From Bacilli bacterium (GTDB lineage: Bacteria > Bacillota_I > Bacilli_A > RFN20 > CAG-826), in contig JAZRZD010000016.1 of NCBI GenBank assembly GCA_045601085.1, forward strand, positions 10,162 through 74,161: a stretch of DNA of 64,000 nucleotides. Reading direction: 5' to 3'. The notes under the pieces are model-generated. The model searched no databases and was not told the DNA's origin. It saw only the letters and a program-made list of their open reading frames with translations. Below are positions 39,901 to 54,502 of this stretch, piece after piece; the stretch's first letter is position 1, and each line of letters starts with the position of its first letter. The translations under genes were made by a program, and so were the position numbers.

Positions 39901-40916
39901 TATTTATCGTAACCTTTAGGATTATTCTTTTGCCAATTCCATGAACTCTTACAAGCATCATAGATTGTTAATTTACTCTTCCAGCCCATTTCTTCATACG
40001 CCTTAGTAACATCAGCATAATTTTCATCAACATCACCTGGACGACGTTCACAAATTGTATATGGAATGTTAATGCCATTTGCTTCAATAAAGGCATTTAC
40101 TAATTCTAGAACAGATGTGCCCTTTCCCGTTCCAAGATTATAAATAACTAAACCTGGATTAGTAGAAAGTTTCTTTAAAGCGGCTAAATGGCCAAAAGCT
40201 AAATCGACAACATGGATATAATCTCTTACTCCAGTGCCATCAACAGTTTTATAGTCATTACCAAAAACATTTAATCTTTCTCTTTTACCAATGGCTACTT
40301 GAGTAATATATGGCATCAAGTTATTTGGAATACCATTTGGATCTTCACCAATAAGTCCACTTTCATGAGCACCGATTGGATTAAAGTATCTTAAAATCGC
40401 AATATTGGCATCTTTATGTTCTTTAGCATAATCCTTGAGCATATATTCAATATCAAGTTTTGTTTGTCCATAAGGGTTTGTGCAACCACCAACTTTATCA
40501 CTTTCTTTTAAAGGAACATGATCAGGAACGCCATATACAGTCGCACTACTTGAGAAAACAATATTGTGGACATTAAATTCGTCCATTAACTTTAAAAGTA
40601 CTTGAGCACCCCAAACATTATTTCTTTCATATAGACCTGGATTAGTAACGCTCTCAGCGACACTTTTCAATCCAGCGAAGTGAATAACATCAGTGATTTT
40701 TTCTTTTTCAAAAACAACTCTAAATTCATCTTCATTTTGGCAAGATGCTTTATAAAATCTTGGCAAAACTCCAGTAATTTGCTTAATTCTATTTAAAACT
40801 TCTGGTTTAGAATTTGAATAATTATCAACGATGACAACATCATGTCCTGCTTTAATTAATTCAACAACAGTATGGGAACCAATATAACCAGTTCCACCAG
40901 TAACTAAAATAGCCAT
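39900..40916 (-). CDS. galE: UDP-glucose 4-epimerase
   Basis: 338 aa. TGGTGYIGSH Rossmann motif and the YxxxK catalytic motif. Short-chain dehydrogenase/reductase fold (extended family). Confidence 0.9.
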   Translation of the reverse strand: MAILVTGGTGYIGSHTVVELIKAGHDVVIVDNYSNSKPEVLNRIKQITGVLPRFYKASCQNEDEFRVVFEKEKITDVIHFAGLKSVAESVTNPGLYERNNVWGAQVLLKLMDEFNVHNIVFSSSATVYGVPDHVPLKESDKVGGCTNPYGQTKLDIEYMLKDYAKEHKDANIAILRYFNPIGAHESGLIGEDPNGIPNNLMPYITQVAIGKRERLNVFGNDYKTVDGTGVRDYIHVVDLAFGHLAALKKLSTNPGLVIYNLGTGKGTSVLELVNAFIEANGINIPYTICERRPGDVDENYADVTKAYEEMGWKSKLTIYDACKSSWNWQKNNPKGYDK

Positions 40917-42340
40917 TATCTCTTATTAATCTCCTTTACAAGTAATCCACTAGTCATACTTGGATTAGCTTGACCATGGGTAATTTTCATAATTTGTCCA
41001 ACTAAATAACCTAATGCTCTATCTTTGCCTGCTTTATAATCTGCAATCGATTGAGCGTTATTATCTAAGACTTCATTAATAATTTTAAGTAATGTTGCTT
41101 CATCACTAATTAATGAAGATGATGATTCAGCTAAAAGTTTATCGATTGTAGTATCTTCTACTAATAATTTATTAAACATTTCGCGAGCTTGTTTATTGGA
41201 AATCTTGCCGTCAGAAATATTTTTAATAAGTTTAATAATGACTTCTGGTTTAAGTTTAAATTCCAAAATAGAAATTTCTTCTTTATTTAATATAGATTGA
41301 ATATCAACATTAACCCAGTTTGCTGCTAATTTAGGAGATACTCCACCGGCGGTAATCGCATCAAAATATTCACTTACATCCTTATTAGCGAGTAATAAAT
41401 TACAATCATATTCTGATAAACCAAATCCTTGATATCTAACAAGTTTGCTATCTGCTAATTCGTTAGAAGTTTTAATAGCATTTTCTACAAAATCTTTAGA
41501 TAAAGTAATAGGAAGAATATTTGGTTCTGGGAAATATTTATAATCTACTGCATCAGTTTTTAATCTCATTAAGACTGTTTCTTTACTAGCTTCATCAAAT
41601 CTACGGGTTTCTTGTTCAACAGGAATGCCACATAAGATTAAGCCAATTTGTCTAGAGGTTTCAAAATCAATAGCGGTTTTAATGTTATTTAATGTATTAA
41701 GGTTTTTAATTTCCACTTTAGTGCCTAAAACATCACTATTTTTGTCTTTCACTGAGATATTAACATCACATCTAAGAGAGCCTTCTTCCATCTTGCCATC
41801 ACTAACATCAAGATAGCTGACAATAGAACGAATCTTTTCAACATATTTCATTGCTTCTTCGCCTGTATGCATATCTGGGCGGGAAACAATTTCAATTAAT
41901 GGAATGCCTGCACGGTTATAGTCAAGTAAAGAACAATCCCAGCTATGGAGTTGTTTACATGTATCTTCCTCCATATGGAGTCTTTCTACATTAATTTTCT
42001 TTTTACCTTCAGAAGTTTCAATTTCTAAATAACCATTCTTACCGATTGGGTAGAATTGTTGAGTAATTTGGAATCCTTTTGGTAGATCACTATAGAAATA
42101 ATTCTTACGATCAAAACGAACAACATTATCAATATCCATATGAAGTGCATTACACACTCTAATGGCGTTAATTACTGCTTGTTTATTAACTACTGGCATT
42201 GTGCCTGGGAAAGCATAATCAATAACTGTTGTATCAGTGTTTGGATCATCACCAAAAGCAATTGGGGAGGAAGAAAACATCTTGGATTTTGTTTTCATCT
42301 CAACGTGTATTTCTAAACCAATAACCGCTTCAAAGTCCAT
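40916..42340 (-). CDS. gatB: Asp-tRNA(Asn)/Glu-tRNA(Gln) amidotransferase subunit B
   Basis: The GatB N-terminus MDFEAVIGLEIHVE... begins at Met8 of the track ORF. This start overlaps the gatA stop, as is typical. Confidence 0.93.
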   Translation of the reverse strand: MDFEAVIGLEIHVEMKTKSKMFSSSPIAFGDDPNTDTTVIDYAFPGTMPVVNKQAVINAIRVCNALHMDIDNVVRFDRKNYFYSDLPKGFQITQQFYPIGKNGYLEIETSEGKKKINVERLHMEEDTCKQLHSWDCSLLDYNRAGIPLIEIVSRPDMHTGEEAMKYVEKIRSIVSYLDVSDGKMEEGSLRCDVNISVKDKNSDVLGTKVEIKNLNTLNNIKTAIDFETSRQIGLILCGIPVEQETRRFDEASKETVLMRLKTDAVDYKYFPEPNILPITLSKDFVENAIKTSNELADSKLVRYQGFGLSEYDCNLLLANKDVSEYFDAITAGGVSPKLAANWVNVDIQSILNKEEISILEFKLKPEVIIKLIKNISDGKISNKQAREMFNKLLVEDTTIDKLLAESSSSLISDEATLLKIINEVLDNNAQSIADYKAGKDRALGYLVGQIMKITHGQANPSMTSGLLVKEINKR

Positions 42341-43791
42341 TATTTTGCTTCCTTTGCGCATATATTTTTATATCCAGTGCCCTCTTCAATAGCCTTAGCT
42401 AAAACTAAAACACTTTCTTCATCAAAAATCTTACCGGTTAGGTTACCCCCAAATGGCATACCTTCTATAAATCCAATTGGTAATGTTAAAGATGGTTGAC
42501 CACCAAAATTAGCAATAGCCATAAAGTTATCGGCAATTAAATATTCATTTGATAATTTATCTTCACTAACTGCATCTTTTTTAGGAGCAATTCCTGGAGC
42601 TGCTGGTGCATAAATAGCATCATAATCTTTTAAGATATTATTAACGGCATCAACAATTAAGTGACGACATTTTTGGGCTCTAAAGAATAATTCGTCTTGG
42701 TTATCTCTTAATAAAGAATAACTACCTATAACAAAACGACGTTTAATCATTTCACCAAAACCTTTAGTTCTAGTGTTAATCATAACTTCTTCAAAAGATT
42801 GACCTTCTTGACGGTTACCAAATTTAATACCATCTAAGTTGGCGTTATTACTAGTTGCTTCTGCGCAAGAAATAATGAAATAAGTTGGGAATATAGCCTT
42901 AAGTAAGTTCTCGTCCATATCAACATAGTCAACGGTTACGCCTTTATTACGTAAGTTCTCAATTGATTTATTAAATGCATCAATAACGTCGTGATTAGAA
43001 ATAGAATTGATTATTCCGTTAATTACTGCAACTTTCATTCCTTTAACAGGTTTATTTAAATCAACAACCAAATCCTTAGTGGAAGAAGTCATATCATGTT
43101 CATCTCTACCAGAAATAGCTTTTAAAACGCTGGATGAATCTTCAACATTTCTAGTGAAGAAACCAACGTGATCCATTGATGGAGCAAATGGGAATAAACC
43201 ATATCTTGAGATTCTACCCCATGTTGGTTTGAATCCTACTAATCCTGCAAAAGATGCAGGTTTTCTAACACTATCACCTGTATCACTTCCTAATGAGAAC
43301 GGAACAATACCACTACTAACATTACTAGCACTGCCACAGCTTGAACCACCTACTAATCTAGTATGAGATTTATCCCAAGGATTATATGTCATACCTAAGT
43401 GACCAGTAGTACCACTACCACCCATAGCTAGTTCATCCATTGTAGTTTTCGCAATTAAAATCGCACCCTTAGAAAGTAACTTATCAATTACGGTTGCATT
43501 AAATAATGGAACATAACCATTTAAAATATTGCTACTTCCACATGTTGGGATGTCTTTGGTAGAAAAATTATCTTTAGCAGTAAAAGGAATGCCCCAAAAT
43601 AAATCATTCTTATCTTTGGAATTTAAATCCTCTAATTGCTTCTTTATTTCATTCTCGCAAATATATTCAAAAGCGTTATTCGTGTCACTTTTGCAGGCTA
43701 AAAGAGCTTCATTAGCAAGTTCTTCAGGAGTAACTTTACCAGTAATAAGGAGCTCATGTAACTCGGTAATAGAAACACCTAAATATTTCAT
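42340..43791 (-). CDS. gatA: Glu-tRNA(Gln) amidotransferase subunit A
   Basis: 483 aa. Amidase signature (GGSSGGS region). Confidence 0.95.
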   Translation of the reverse strand: MKYLGVSITELHELLITGKVTPEELANEALLACKSDTNNAFEYICENEIKKQLEDLNSKDKNDLFWGIPFTAKDNFSTKDIPTCGSSNILNGYVPLFNATVIDKLLSKGAILIAKTTMDELAMGGSGTTGHLGMTYNPWDKSHTRLVGGSSCGSASNVSSGIVPFSLGSDTGDSVRKPASFAGLVGFKPTWGRISRYGLFPFAPSMDHVGFFTRNVEDSSSVLKAISGRDEHDMTSSTKDLVVDLNKPVKGMKVAVINGIINSISNHDVIDAFNKSIENLRNKGVTVDYVDMDENLLKAIFPTYFIISCAEATSNNANLDGIKFGNRQEGQSFEEVMINTRTKGFGEMIKRRFVIGSYSLLRDNQDELFFRAQKCRHLIVDAVNNILKDYDAIYAPAAPGIAPKKDAVSEDKLSNEYLIADNFMAIANFGGQPSLTLPIGFIEGMPFGGNLTGKIFDEESVLVLAKAIEEGTGYKNICAKEAK

Positions 43792-43793
43792 AA

Positions 43794-44090
43794 TTATCCA
43801 ATTACCTTTGGCAAACGAATTTGTCCGTCTACTACATCTTTAGCGTTTTTAAGTGCTTCATCTCTATTTAATGGTTTTTCACTAACATCTTCTCGTAAGA
43901 AACTTGTTTCAAATGTATAAGGAAAAGTCATTGGTGAAACTTCATCAATATCTTTTATATTACCTACTAATTTCATTTGCTCAATGATAGTAGCAAATTC
44001 CTTCAATAAGGTTTCATATTGATCCTCAGACATATCAAACATAAGATTTAATGCTGATGTTTTTAATAAATCTTTATCAACTTTTTTCAT
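43794..44090 (-). CDS. gatC: Glu-tRNA(Gln) amidotransferase subunit C
   Basis: 98 aa. Immediately upstream of gatA. Confidence 0.85.
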   Translation of the reverse strand: MKKVDKDLLKTSALNLMFDMSEDQYETLLKEFATIIEQMKLVGNIKDIDEVSPMTFPYTFETSFLREDVSEKPLNRDEALKNAKDVVDGQIRLPKVIG

Positions 44091-44129
44091 AAACTAAAAA
44101 TAGTTTAGCACTCCAAAGAAAAAATTTCA

Positions 44130-48346
<4,217 letters not shown>

Positions 48347-48390
48347 ATATTGCTAAGCAATATATTATCATATTATATGTTTGCTAGCAA

Positions 48391-48822
48391 TTAAAATTCT
48401 AAATAATTAGCAATATTATCAGCGCCACATATATTCATAGACAAGAAGTGATCTTCAATTATTAAGAGGGTTGGAGTACCTCTAATTGCTATGTCTTCAG
48501 GATTATATGTTCCAATTGTAAAAGCAGTATTTGAGACGATTTTTATTTGATCTGAAAACTCTAAATAATAGAAATTATCATCCCCTAAAGAATATGGGAT
48601 TATTTGATTTTTGATCTTCCCACAGTGGGTACAGGTTTTAGAAAATATGTAGACATAATAAAAGTTAGAATCTTGAAGAAAAACTTCATTTTTTGTAATT
48701 AATTTATCTTCGATCATTGAATATTCATATGCTGGTGCCTCCTCTATTGTTTCCTCAATAGTTGGGCTACAGGCAACAGTAGATAAACATAACAATAATA
48801 ACGGTAAAAATTTTCTCCTCAT
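48391..48822 (-). CDS. thioredoxin-fold lipoprotein (TlpA/ResA-like thiol-disulfide oxidoreductase candidate)
   Basis: 143 aa. Lipobox LSTVAC. Active-site-like CTHC in the context FSKTCTHCGK. cis-Pro loop RGTPTL. Confidence 0.55.
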   Translation of the reverse strand: MRRKFLPLLLLCLSTVACSPTIEETIEEAPAYEYSMIEDKLITKNEVFLQDSNFYYVYIFSKTCTHCGKIKNQIIPYSLGDDNFYYLEFSDQIKIVSNTAFTIGTYNPEDIAIRGTPTLLIIEDHFLSMNICGADNIANYLEF

Positions 48823-48886
48823 AATTAATAATGGGGATACTTTTTTGATTTTTATAAAAATTCTGAAATTTTGTTAAAATAAGTTT

Positions 48887-49756
48887 GTGAAACTTAAAAA
48901 ATCTGAAACTCTTTTACAAAACATTGCTTACATGGGCATCATGGCAGCTATTAATGTCATTTTTGTTTTGCTATCATCTTTTATTCCAGTTTTTTCAATC
49001 ATTTTAGTTATATTTCTCCCATTAGTGAGCACTATTGTGACTCTTTTTTGTAAGAAAAAATATTACATCATATATGCCGTAGCCACTTTAGGTCTTTGTA
49101 TGCTTGTAACAATTTGGAATATTAGCGATTCACTATTTTATGTTTTCCCAAGTTTAATAACAGGATTCCTTTTTGGAGTGGGTATTGAGAAGAGATTCCC
49201 AACAATATATTTGATAGTGTCTTCCAGTCTTCTTCAAATAGGATTTTCTTATCTTGCAATACCAATTATCGAACTAATAACAGGGATGAATTATTTAGAC
49301 ACATTTATCCGATTACTAGGAATACAAAGTTATACTTATTTGTACTACCTCATTCCAGTTATTTTTATGTCTATTGGTTTAGCTCAATCTACATTAAATT
49401 ATGGAGTGATAAATTTAGCGTTGCCTAAAATAGGAATAGAAGAAAAAAGTGAAGATTTGCCACAAATTTTTAACTTTTTGATAATAATTATCCTTAATTG
49501 TTTATTAGCCTTATTTGTGATAATTTATCCGATTATTACTCTACTTATTTTAGCCATAATTATCCCAATTTCTGTATATGAAACAGTGAAGATGATTATG
49601 GGTAAAAATATCTTAAAATTTGTTCTAATTTGTGCATCATTAGTAGCAACAATATTTTTGTTTATTACAACCTATAACTTTATCGTGGTTCCACTACAAT
49701 TTGTTACGCTTTCTTTTTATTCTATTTGCATTGGAATTATTGGATTTATCCATTAA
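48887..49756 (+). CDS. hypothetical polytopic membrane protein
   Basis: 289 aa with about 8 predicted TM helices. The 48887 start is a GTG without an RBS, so the true start may be an internal ATG (MGIMAA...). Confidence 0.4.
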   Translation: MKLKKSETLLQNIAYMGIMAAINVIFVLLSSFIPVFSIILVIFLPLVSTIVTLFCKKKYYIIYAVATLGLCMLVTIWNISDSLFYVFPSLITGFLFGVGIEKRFPTIYLIVSSSLLQIGFSYLAIPIIELITGMNYLDTFIRLLGIQSYTYLYYLIPVIFMSIGLAQSTLNYGVINLALPKIGIEEKSEDLPQIFNFLIIIILNCLLALFVIIYPIITLLILAIIIPISVYETVKMIMGKNILKFVLICASLVATIFLFITTYNFIVVPLQFVTLSFYSICIGIIGFIH

Positions 49757-50188
49757 TTGTTTTTTAATAACAAGAAAGTTTATAGAATAGTAGATATGAA
49801 GAATTTATTAAAAAGTTTTGGTAAAGGCCTTTTATATTTAATAGCTTTTCCTGCTATATTGGTTGTTCTTTCAGTTTTAGCAATTGTAGGCATTGTTATT
49901 TTTATTGTCTTAGGGATTAAGGGAGCAATCTTATTCTTCCAAGGCAAATCATTATTTAACGACCTCCCAGAAGATATAGAAGTAAGAAGACTTAAAAACA
50001 TTTCTGTTGCACCAGTTGAAGAAATAAAACCTGAGCCATCAAGCGCAGATGTTTTTTTCACTACTGCAAATAGTTATAGTTATATAAACGAAACTGAATC
50101 TCAACCACAAGAACAAGAACAAGAGCTTGAGCAAGAAAATAATACAAATACCGAAGAAATAAAGGAGGATAATAGCAATGAATATTAA
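49757..50188 (+). CDS. hypothetical small membrane protein with an acidic Q/E-rich C-terminal tail
   Basis: 143 aa. Two TM helices, then a tail ending ETESQPQEQEQELEQENN. The track start is a TTG; the ATG at 49796 is an alternative. Confidence 0.4.
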   Translation: MFFNNKKVYRIVDMKNLLKSFGKGLLYLIAFPAILVVLSVLAIVGIVIFIVLGIKGAILFFQGKSLFNDLPEDIEVRRLKNISVAPVEEIKPEPSSADVFFTTANSYSYINETESQPQEQEQELEQENNTNTEEIKEDNSNEY

Positions 50189-50846
50189 TCTTCTTTTATC
50201 TTTAAGCGAAGGCGATAAGAGATTCTTAATCGCTGTATTATTAATCGTTATTCTTTTGTTTGTTTTAATTTATTTCATTGGCAAATTAGTGATTAGAGTA
50301 ATGAAATATCAAGGTCAAAAACTTGATGAACAAGTATCAGATGCTGTTAAATTGAAAGTTATTAAAAATAGAAAACATTTTGTGAAATATTCAAATAGCA
50401 AAAACTGGAGAATATTCTTTAAATCAGTTTGGATTCCACTATGTATTATAGCTTTTGCATTCTTAATTTTAGTTATCAGAAATGCAATAAATAATGATTG
50501 GGGTTATAATCCATTTAACTTTAAAGATGGATTTGGATCTTTGAGTTTTATTTGGGATTTTGACAATGCTGAATGGACAGAAGTGTTTCCACTACCATTT
50601 AAGTTATTAAAAGCATGGCCAGAACTATTATGTGGTCCATGTCCAAATGGAGCCGCTTGGGCAAGTTATATCTTTGTTCCATGCATCTTTATTGGTGGAA
50701 TATGGTATTTATTATTACTTCAAGCTGTTGTTGCTAGATGGATTAGAACCAAACAATTAGCAAAATCAATTTACAGCCCAAAATTAGATGAGTATCACAA
50801 CGATTCTCAAATAAATAATAACAATATAGAACCACCAACGATTTAG
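50178..50846 (+). CDS. hypothetical membrane protein containing a CGPC motif
   Basis: 222 aa with three TM helices. Strong RBS AAGGAGG. Overlaps the upstream ORF by 11 nt, so the two look translationally coupled. The CGPC motif is identical to the thioredoxin active-site tetrapeptide. Confidence 0.45.
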   Translation: MNINLLLSLSEGDKRFLIAVLLIVILLFVLIYFIGKLVIRVMKYQGQKLDEQVSDAVKLKVIKNRKHFVKYSNSKNWRIFFKSVWIPLCIIAFAFLILVIRNAINNDWGYNPFNFKDGFGSLSFIWDFDNAEWTEVFPLPFKLLKAWPELLCGPCPNGAAWASYIFVPCIFIGGIWYLLLLQAVVARWIRTKQLAKSIYSPKLDEYHNDSQINNNNIEPPTI

Positions 50847-50997
50847 AAACCGATTACGATTTTTAATATTTGATAAACAATATATACAACTAAAACGACA
50901 TCAAAAATAATGAAAGCCCAAAGACATCTAAATCTTGCTTTTTCTTTTCTTTCTTGTTCTTCAGTAGAAATAATATTTTTGGAATCGTCGTTCATAA

Positions 50998-52383
50998 TTA
51001 ATATTTAATAGTGTTACTTGTTCTTGGATATGGAAGAACATCTCTAATGTTATTAACACCAGTAATGTACATAAGTAATCTTTCAAATCCAATACCAAAA
51101 CCAGAGTGGACACATCCACCATATCGACGTGTATCAAGATACCATTCAAGACCTTTGGTAATACTTAATTGATCCATCTTTTCTTTTAATACATCATAAC
51201 GTTCTTCTCTTTGTGAACCACCGACAAGTTCGCCAACACCTGGAACTAATAAATCGCATGCAGCAACTGTTTTATTATCTGGATTAATTTTCATGTAGAA
51301 AGCTTTAATCTCTTTTGGGTAATCAATTAAAAATAATGGACCTTTGACTACGTTTTCGGTCAAATATCTTTCATGTTCGGATTGTAAATCCATGCCCCAT
51401 TCAATGTTGTTATTATCAAATTTATGACCATTTTTAACAGCGTCTTGAAGAATCTTAATGCCGTCAGTATAAGTCATAATTTTAAATTCTGAATTTAATA
51501 CATGTTCTAATCTTTCAAACAATGTTGTATCAATCATAGAATTGAAGAACTTCATTTCTTCAGGACATGCAGTAAGAATGTAATTAATACAGTATTTAAT
51601 GCAATCTTCAATAACACTCATGTTTCCTTTTAAATCACAGAAAGCCATTTCTGGTTCAATCATCCAGAATTCGCTAGCATGTCTAGTTGTATTAGAATGT
51701 TCAGCTCTAAAAGTAGGGCCAAAGGTATAAACATCTCTAAATGCTAAAGCAAATGGTTCAACGTGAAGTTGACCAGAAACTGTTAAGTTAACATCATGGC
51801 CATAGAAGTCATCAGATTTTTTACTATCGTGTGCGATAACATCAAATACATTACCAGCACCTTCGCCATCATTAGTAGTAATAAGAGGAGTATGAACATA
51901 TACGAATCCTCTTTCTTGGAAAAATTCATGAATCGCTAAAGATAAAACACTTCTAACTCTAAATACAGCTTGGAAAGTATTTGCTCTTGGACGAATATGT
52001 GCAATATCACGTAAGAATTCAAACGAACATCTCTTCTTTTGGAGAGGATAATCTTCATCAACACCACCAAGTAAAATAGCATCTGTTAATTCAATTTCAA
52101 ATGGTTGTTTTCCTTCTGGTGTAAGTTTAAGTTTTCCTTTGATTTCTATTGCAGATCCCGTAGAAAATTTAGCAATTGCATCGTGATTATTTGTATTATT
52201 TGTGTACACTAATTGGACATTTTTAAAGTATGTGCCATCATTAAATTCAATGAAACCAACTGCGCCATTATCACGATTGGTTCTAACCCATCCTTTTAAA
52301 GATACTTCGCTTAATTCTTTTAAAGCATCAATGTCATGACTAACAACTACATCATATAGTTCAAAGTTTGTAGTTTCTTTCAT
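50998..52383 (-). CDS. asnS: asparagine--tRNA ligase
   Basis: 461 aa. Class II aaRS motifs (FRAEHSNTTRHASEFWMIEPE, GGCVHSGFGIGFERL). The length fits AsnRS rather than AspRS. Confidence 0.8.
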   Translation of the reverse strand: MKETTNFELYDVVVSHDIDALKELSEVSLKGWVRTNRDNGAVGFIEFNDGTYFKNVQLVYTNNTNNHDAIAKFSTGSAIEIKGKLKLTPEGKQPFEIELTDAILLGGVDEDYPLQKKRCSFEFLRDIAHIRPRANTFQAVFRVRSVLSLAIHEFFQERGFVYVHTPLITTNDGEGAGNVFDVIAHDSKKSDDFYGHDVNLTVSGQLHVEPFALAFRDVYTFGPTFRAEHSNTTRHASEFWMIEPEMAFCDLKGNMSVIEDCIKYCINYILTACPEEMKFFNSMIDTTLFERLEHVLNSEFKIMTYTDGIKILQDAVKNGHKFDNNNIEWGMDLQSEHERYLTENVVKGPLFLIDYPKEIKAFYMKINPDNKTVAACDLLVPGVGELVGGSQREERYDVLKEKMDQLSITKGLEWYLDTRRYGGCVHSGFGIGFERLLMYITGVNNIRDVLPYPRTSNTIKY

Positions 52384-52428
52384 ACTCTTTCTCCTCCAAT
52401 TGTAAAAATAAGTATAACACGAAATTTA

Positions 52429-53442
52429 TTAAAATTTCCTATAATCTTCTATTCTCCAATTTGGATCCACTGAAATATCTAAATCGGCGAATAATTTTTG
52501 TTCATATAAATGCTCAGCAACTTTAGCAATCATCGCAGCATTATCTGTGCAACACCACATGGGTGGTAAATGAAGTTTTACTAAATGTTTATCTGTTACA
52601 TCCTTAACTACTTCTCTTAGTGCTTTATTGGCACTTACTCCACCAGCAAGAAGCACTTCTTTAATATCATATTTATCTATAATCTTATCAACACGGTTAG
52701 CAATAAGATTTGTAGCGACATCTTGGAATGATTTGCACATATCATCCACATTCACTTGTTCATTATTTTGTTCCATTTTATGGACCATATTAATAACATT
52801 TGTTTTTAATCCTGAGAATGATACCTCTAATGTATCTTCTCCTTTTAAAGGAGTTGGTAAATTATAAGTATGTTTACCGTTAAGAGCATGACGCTCAATA
52901 TGAACTCCACCAGGATATGGTAAACCAAGCACTCTAGCAACTTTATCAAATGATTCACCAATAGCATCATCTCTAGTTTCTGCAATGATATCAAAAGATA
53001 AATGGTCTTTCATTAATACAAATTCAGTATTACCACCAGAAACTACAACAGCTAAAAGTGGGAAATGAAGTTCATCCACATATTCATTTGCATATATATG
53101 TCCAGTTAAATGGTGAACTGGAATAAGTGGTTTGTTATATAACATTGCTAATGTCTTAGCAGCTTGCATTCCTACGTGAAGAGCACCAATTAATCCTGGC
53201 CCTCTAGTAACTGCAATAGCGTCCACATCTTCCATTTTTATATTTGCGGTTTCTAAAGCTTCTTTCAAGACAACAGAAATGTTTTCGGTGTGTAATCTTG
53301 AAGCTATTTCAGGCATAACTCCACCATATTTTTCATGGATAGCAATTTGAGTAGAAACAATATTGCTTAATAACTTGCCATCACGGGTAATAGCAATAGA
53401 GGTTTCATCACAACTTGATTCAATCGCTAAAATAGTAGCCAT
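52429..53442 (-). CDS. tsaD: tRNA N6-adenosine threonylcarbamoyltransferase
   Basis: 337 aa. Kae1/Gcp family, with the N-terminus MATILAIESSCDETSIAI. Confidence 0.93.
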   Translation of the reverse strand: MATILAIESSCDETSIAITRDGKLLSNIVSTQIAIHEKYGGVMPEIASRLHTENISVVLKEALETANIKMEDVDAIAVTRGPGLIGALHVGMQAAKTLAMLYNKPLIPVHHLTGHIYANEYVDELHFPLLAVVVSGGNTEFVLMKDHLSFDIIAETRDDAIGESFDKVARVLGLPYPGGVHIERHALNGKHTYNLPTPLKGEDTLEVSFSGLKTNVINMVHKMEQNNEQVNVDDMCKSFQDVATNLIANRVDKIIDKYDIKEVLLAGGVSANKALREVVKDVTDKHLVKLHLPPMWCCTDNAAMIAKVAEHLYEQKLFADLDISVDPNWRIEDYRKF

Positions 53443-53915
53443 TATATTTTTACCTCCGCAATCATATAGATAGCATCTTCGCCATTGGAGTAATAATGAG
53501 GTTTAATACATTCTTGTTTAAAACCATGTTTATTATAGAAATTAATGGCGTTTTGATTACTTTTTCTAACTTCGAGAGTTATTGTTGAAATCTTTTTAGC
53601 GTAACATTCATTAAAAACTTCATCCATCATAGCGGAACCTAATTGATGGCGTTGAATGCCTGGATGAACAGCAATCTGGCAAATAGTAGCAGATGAAAAT
53701 GTTTCCCAAAAAACTACAAAACCCAAAACGCTTTTAAGATTATCTTCCTTACTTTCTAATTCAATAACCCAAGTGTTACTTACAGGATTATCATACATTT
53801 CATAATGAAAATCCTTCTCTTTCCAATGAGCAGTAAAGCATAGATTTTCAATTTCAAGTACAGCAGGAAGGTCTTTCTCTTCCATCTTACGAACGTCAAC
53901 ATTTAAATACTTCAT
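53442..53915 (-). CDS. rimI: ribosomal-protein-alanine N-acetyltransferase (GNAT)
   Basis: 157 aa. GNAT fold motifs. Position between tsaB and tsaD. Confidence 0.8.
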   Translation of the reverse strand: MKYLNVDVRKMEEKDLPAVLEIENLCFTAHWKEKDFHYEMYDNPVSNTWVIELESKEDNLKSVLGFVVFWETFSSATICQIAVHPGIQRHQLGSAMMDEVFNECYAKKISTITLEVRKSNQNAINFYNKHGFKQECIKPHYYSNGEDAIYMIAEVKI

Positions 53916-53917
53916 AA

Positions 53918-54502
53918 TTAATCCTTAAGATAAACAGGTTTGACCCCTAAGATATCTTTGCTTTTAAATTCATCTTGCTTGAATGAAAGCATTTGATCAA
54001 ATATATTGGTTTGTTTTCCATCTATTCCAAGGTATTTTGTATCACCGCAAACAACATAATCCTTATGATTTTCAATAAACGATAATACTTCATCATTTGT
54101 TAATATCTTGTCATTAATAATTGAGTTAGTGCCTTGATAGACAGCAAAATAACTTCTGCCACTTCTTGCATTAATTAAGCAAATAGAATTATTATCCCCA
54201 TCTTTTAAAGCAGCTAATGAACTAACTTCATAAATAGGAATGTTAAGAACAAGTGCCATAACTTTAGCAATAGTAACAGCAATTCTGGTGCCAGTATAAC
54301 TACCTGGACCAATAGTGACAACAATAGAATCTAAATCACTATTTGCGATGTGATTTTCTTCCATCAACTTCTTTATTTCAGGAATCATCAATTCACTTTG
54401 TTTTTGCCAAGCTTCATAAAAAACACTAGCAAAAACGCCATTTTCTTTAGCTAATGCAACTCCAAGTTTGGTTGTAGAAGAATCAAGTAATAAGGTAATC
54501 AT
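53918..54502 (-). CDS. tsaB: tRNA threonylcarbamoyladenosine biosynthesis protein TsaB
   Basis: 194 aa. YeaZ family (LLLDSSTTKLGVAL). Confidence 0.85.
   Translation of the reverse strand: MITLLLDSSTTKLGVALAKENGVFASVFYEAWQKQSELMIPEIKKLMEENHIANSDLDSIVVTIGPGSYTGTRIAVTIAKVMALVLNIPIYEVSSLAALKDGDNNSICLINARSGRSYFAVYQGTNSIINDKILTNDEVLSFIENHKDYVVCGDTKYLGIDGKQTNIFDQMLSFKQDEFKSKDILGVKPVYLKD

Noticed and set aside
50961-51149. 62-aa ORF overlapping the asnS 3' end.
   Set aside because: It is nested inside the asnS C-terminal coding region on the same strand in another frame. There is no RBS and no evidence of conservation.
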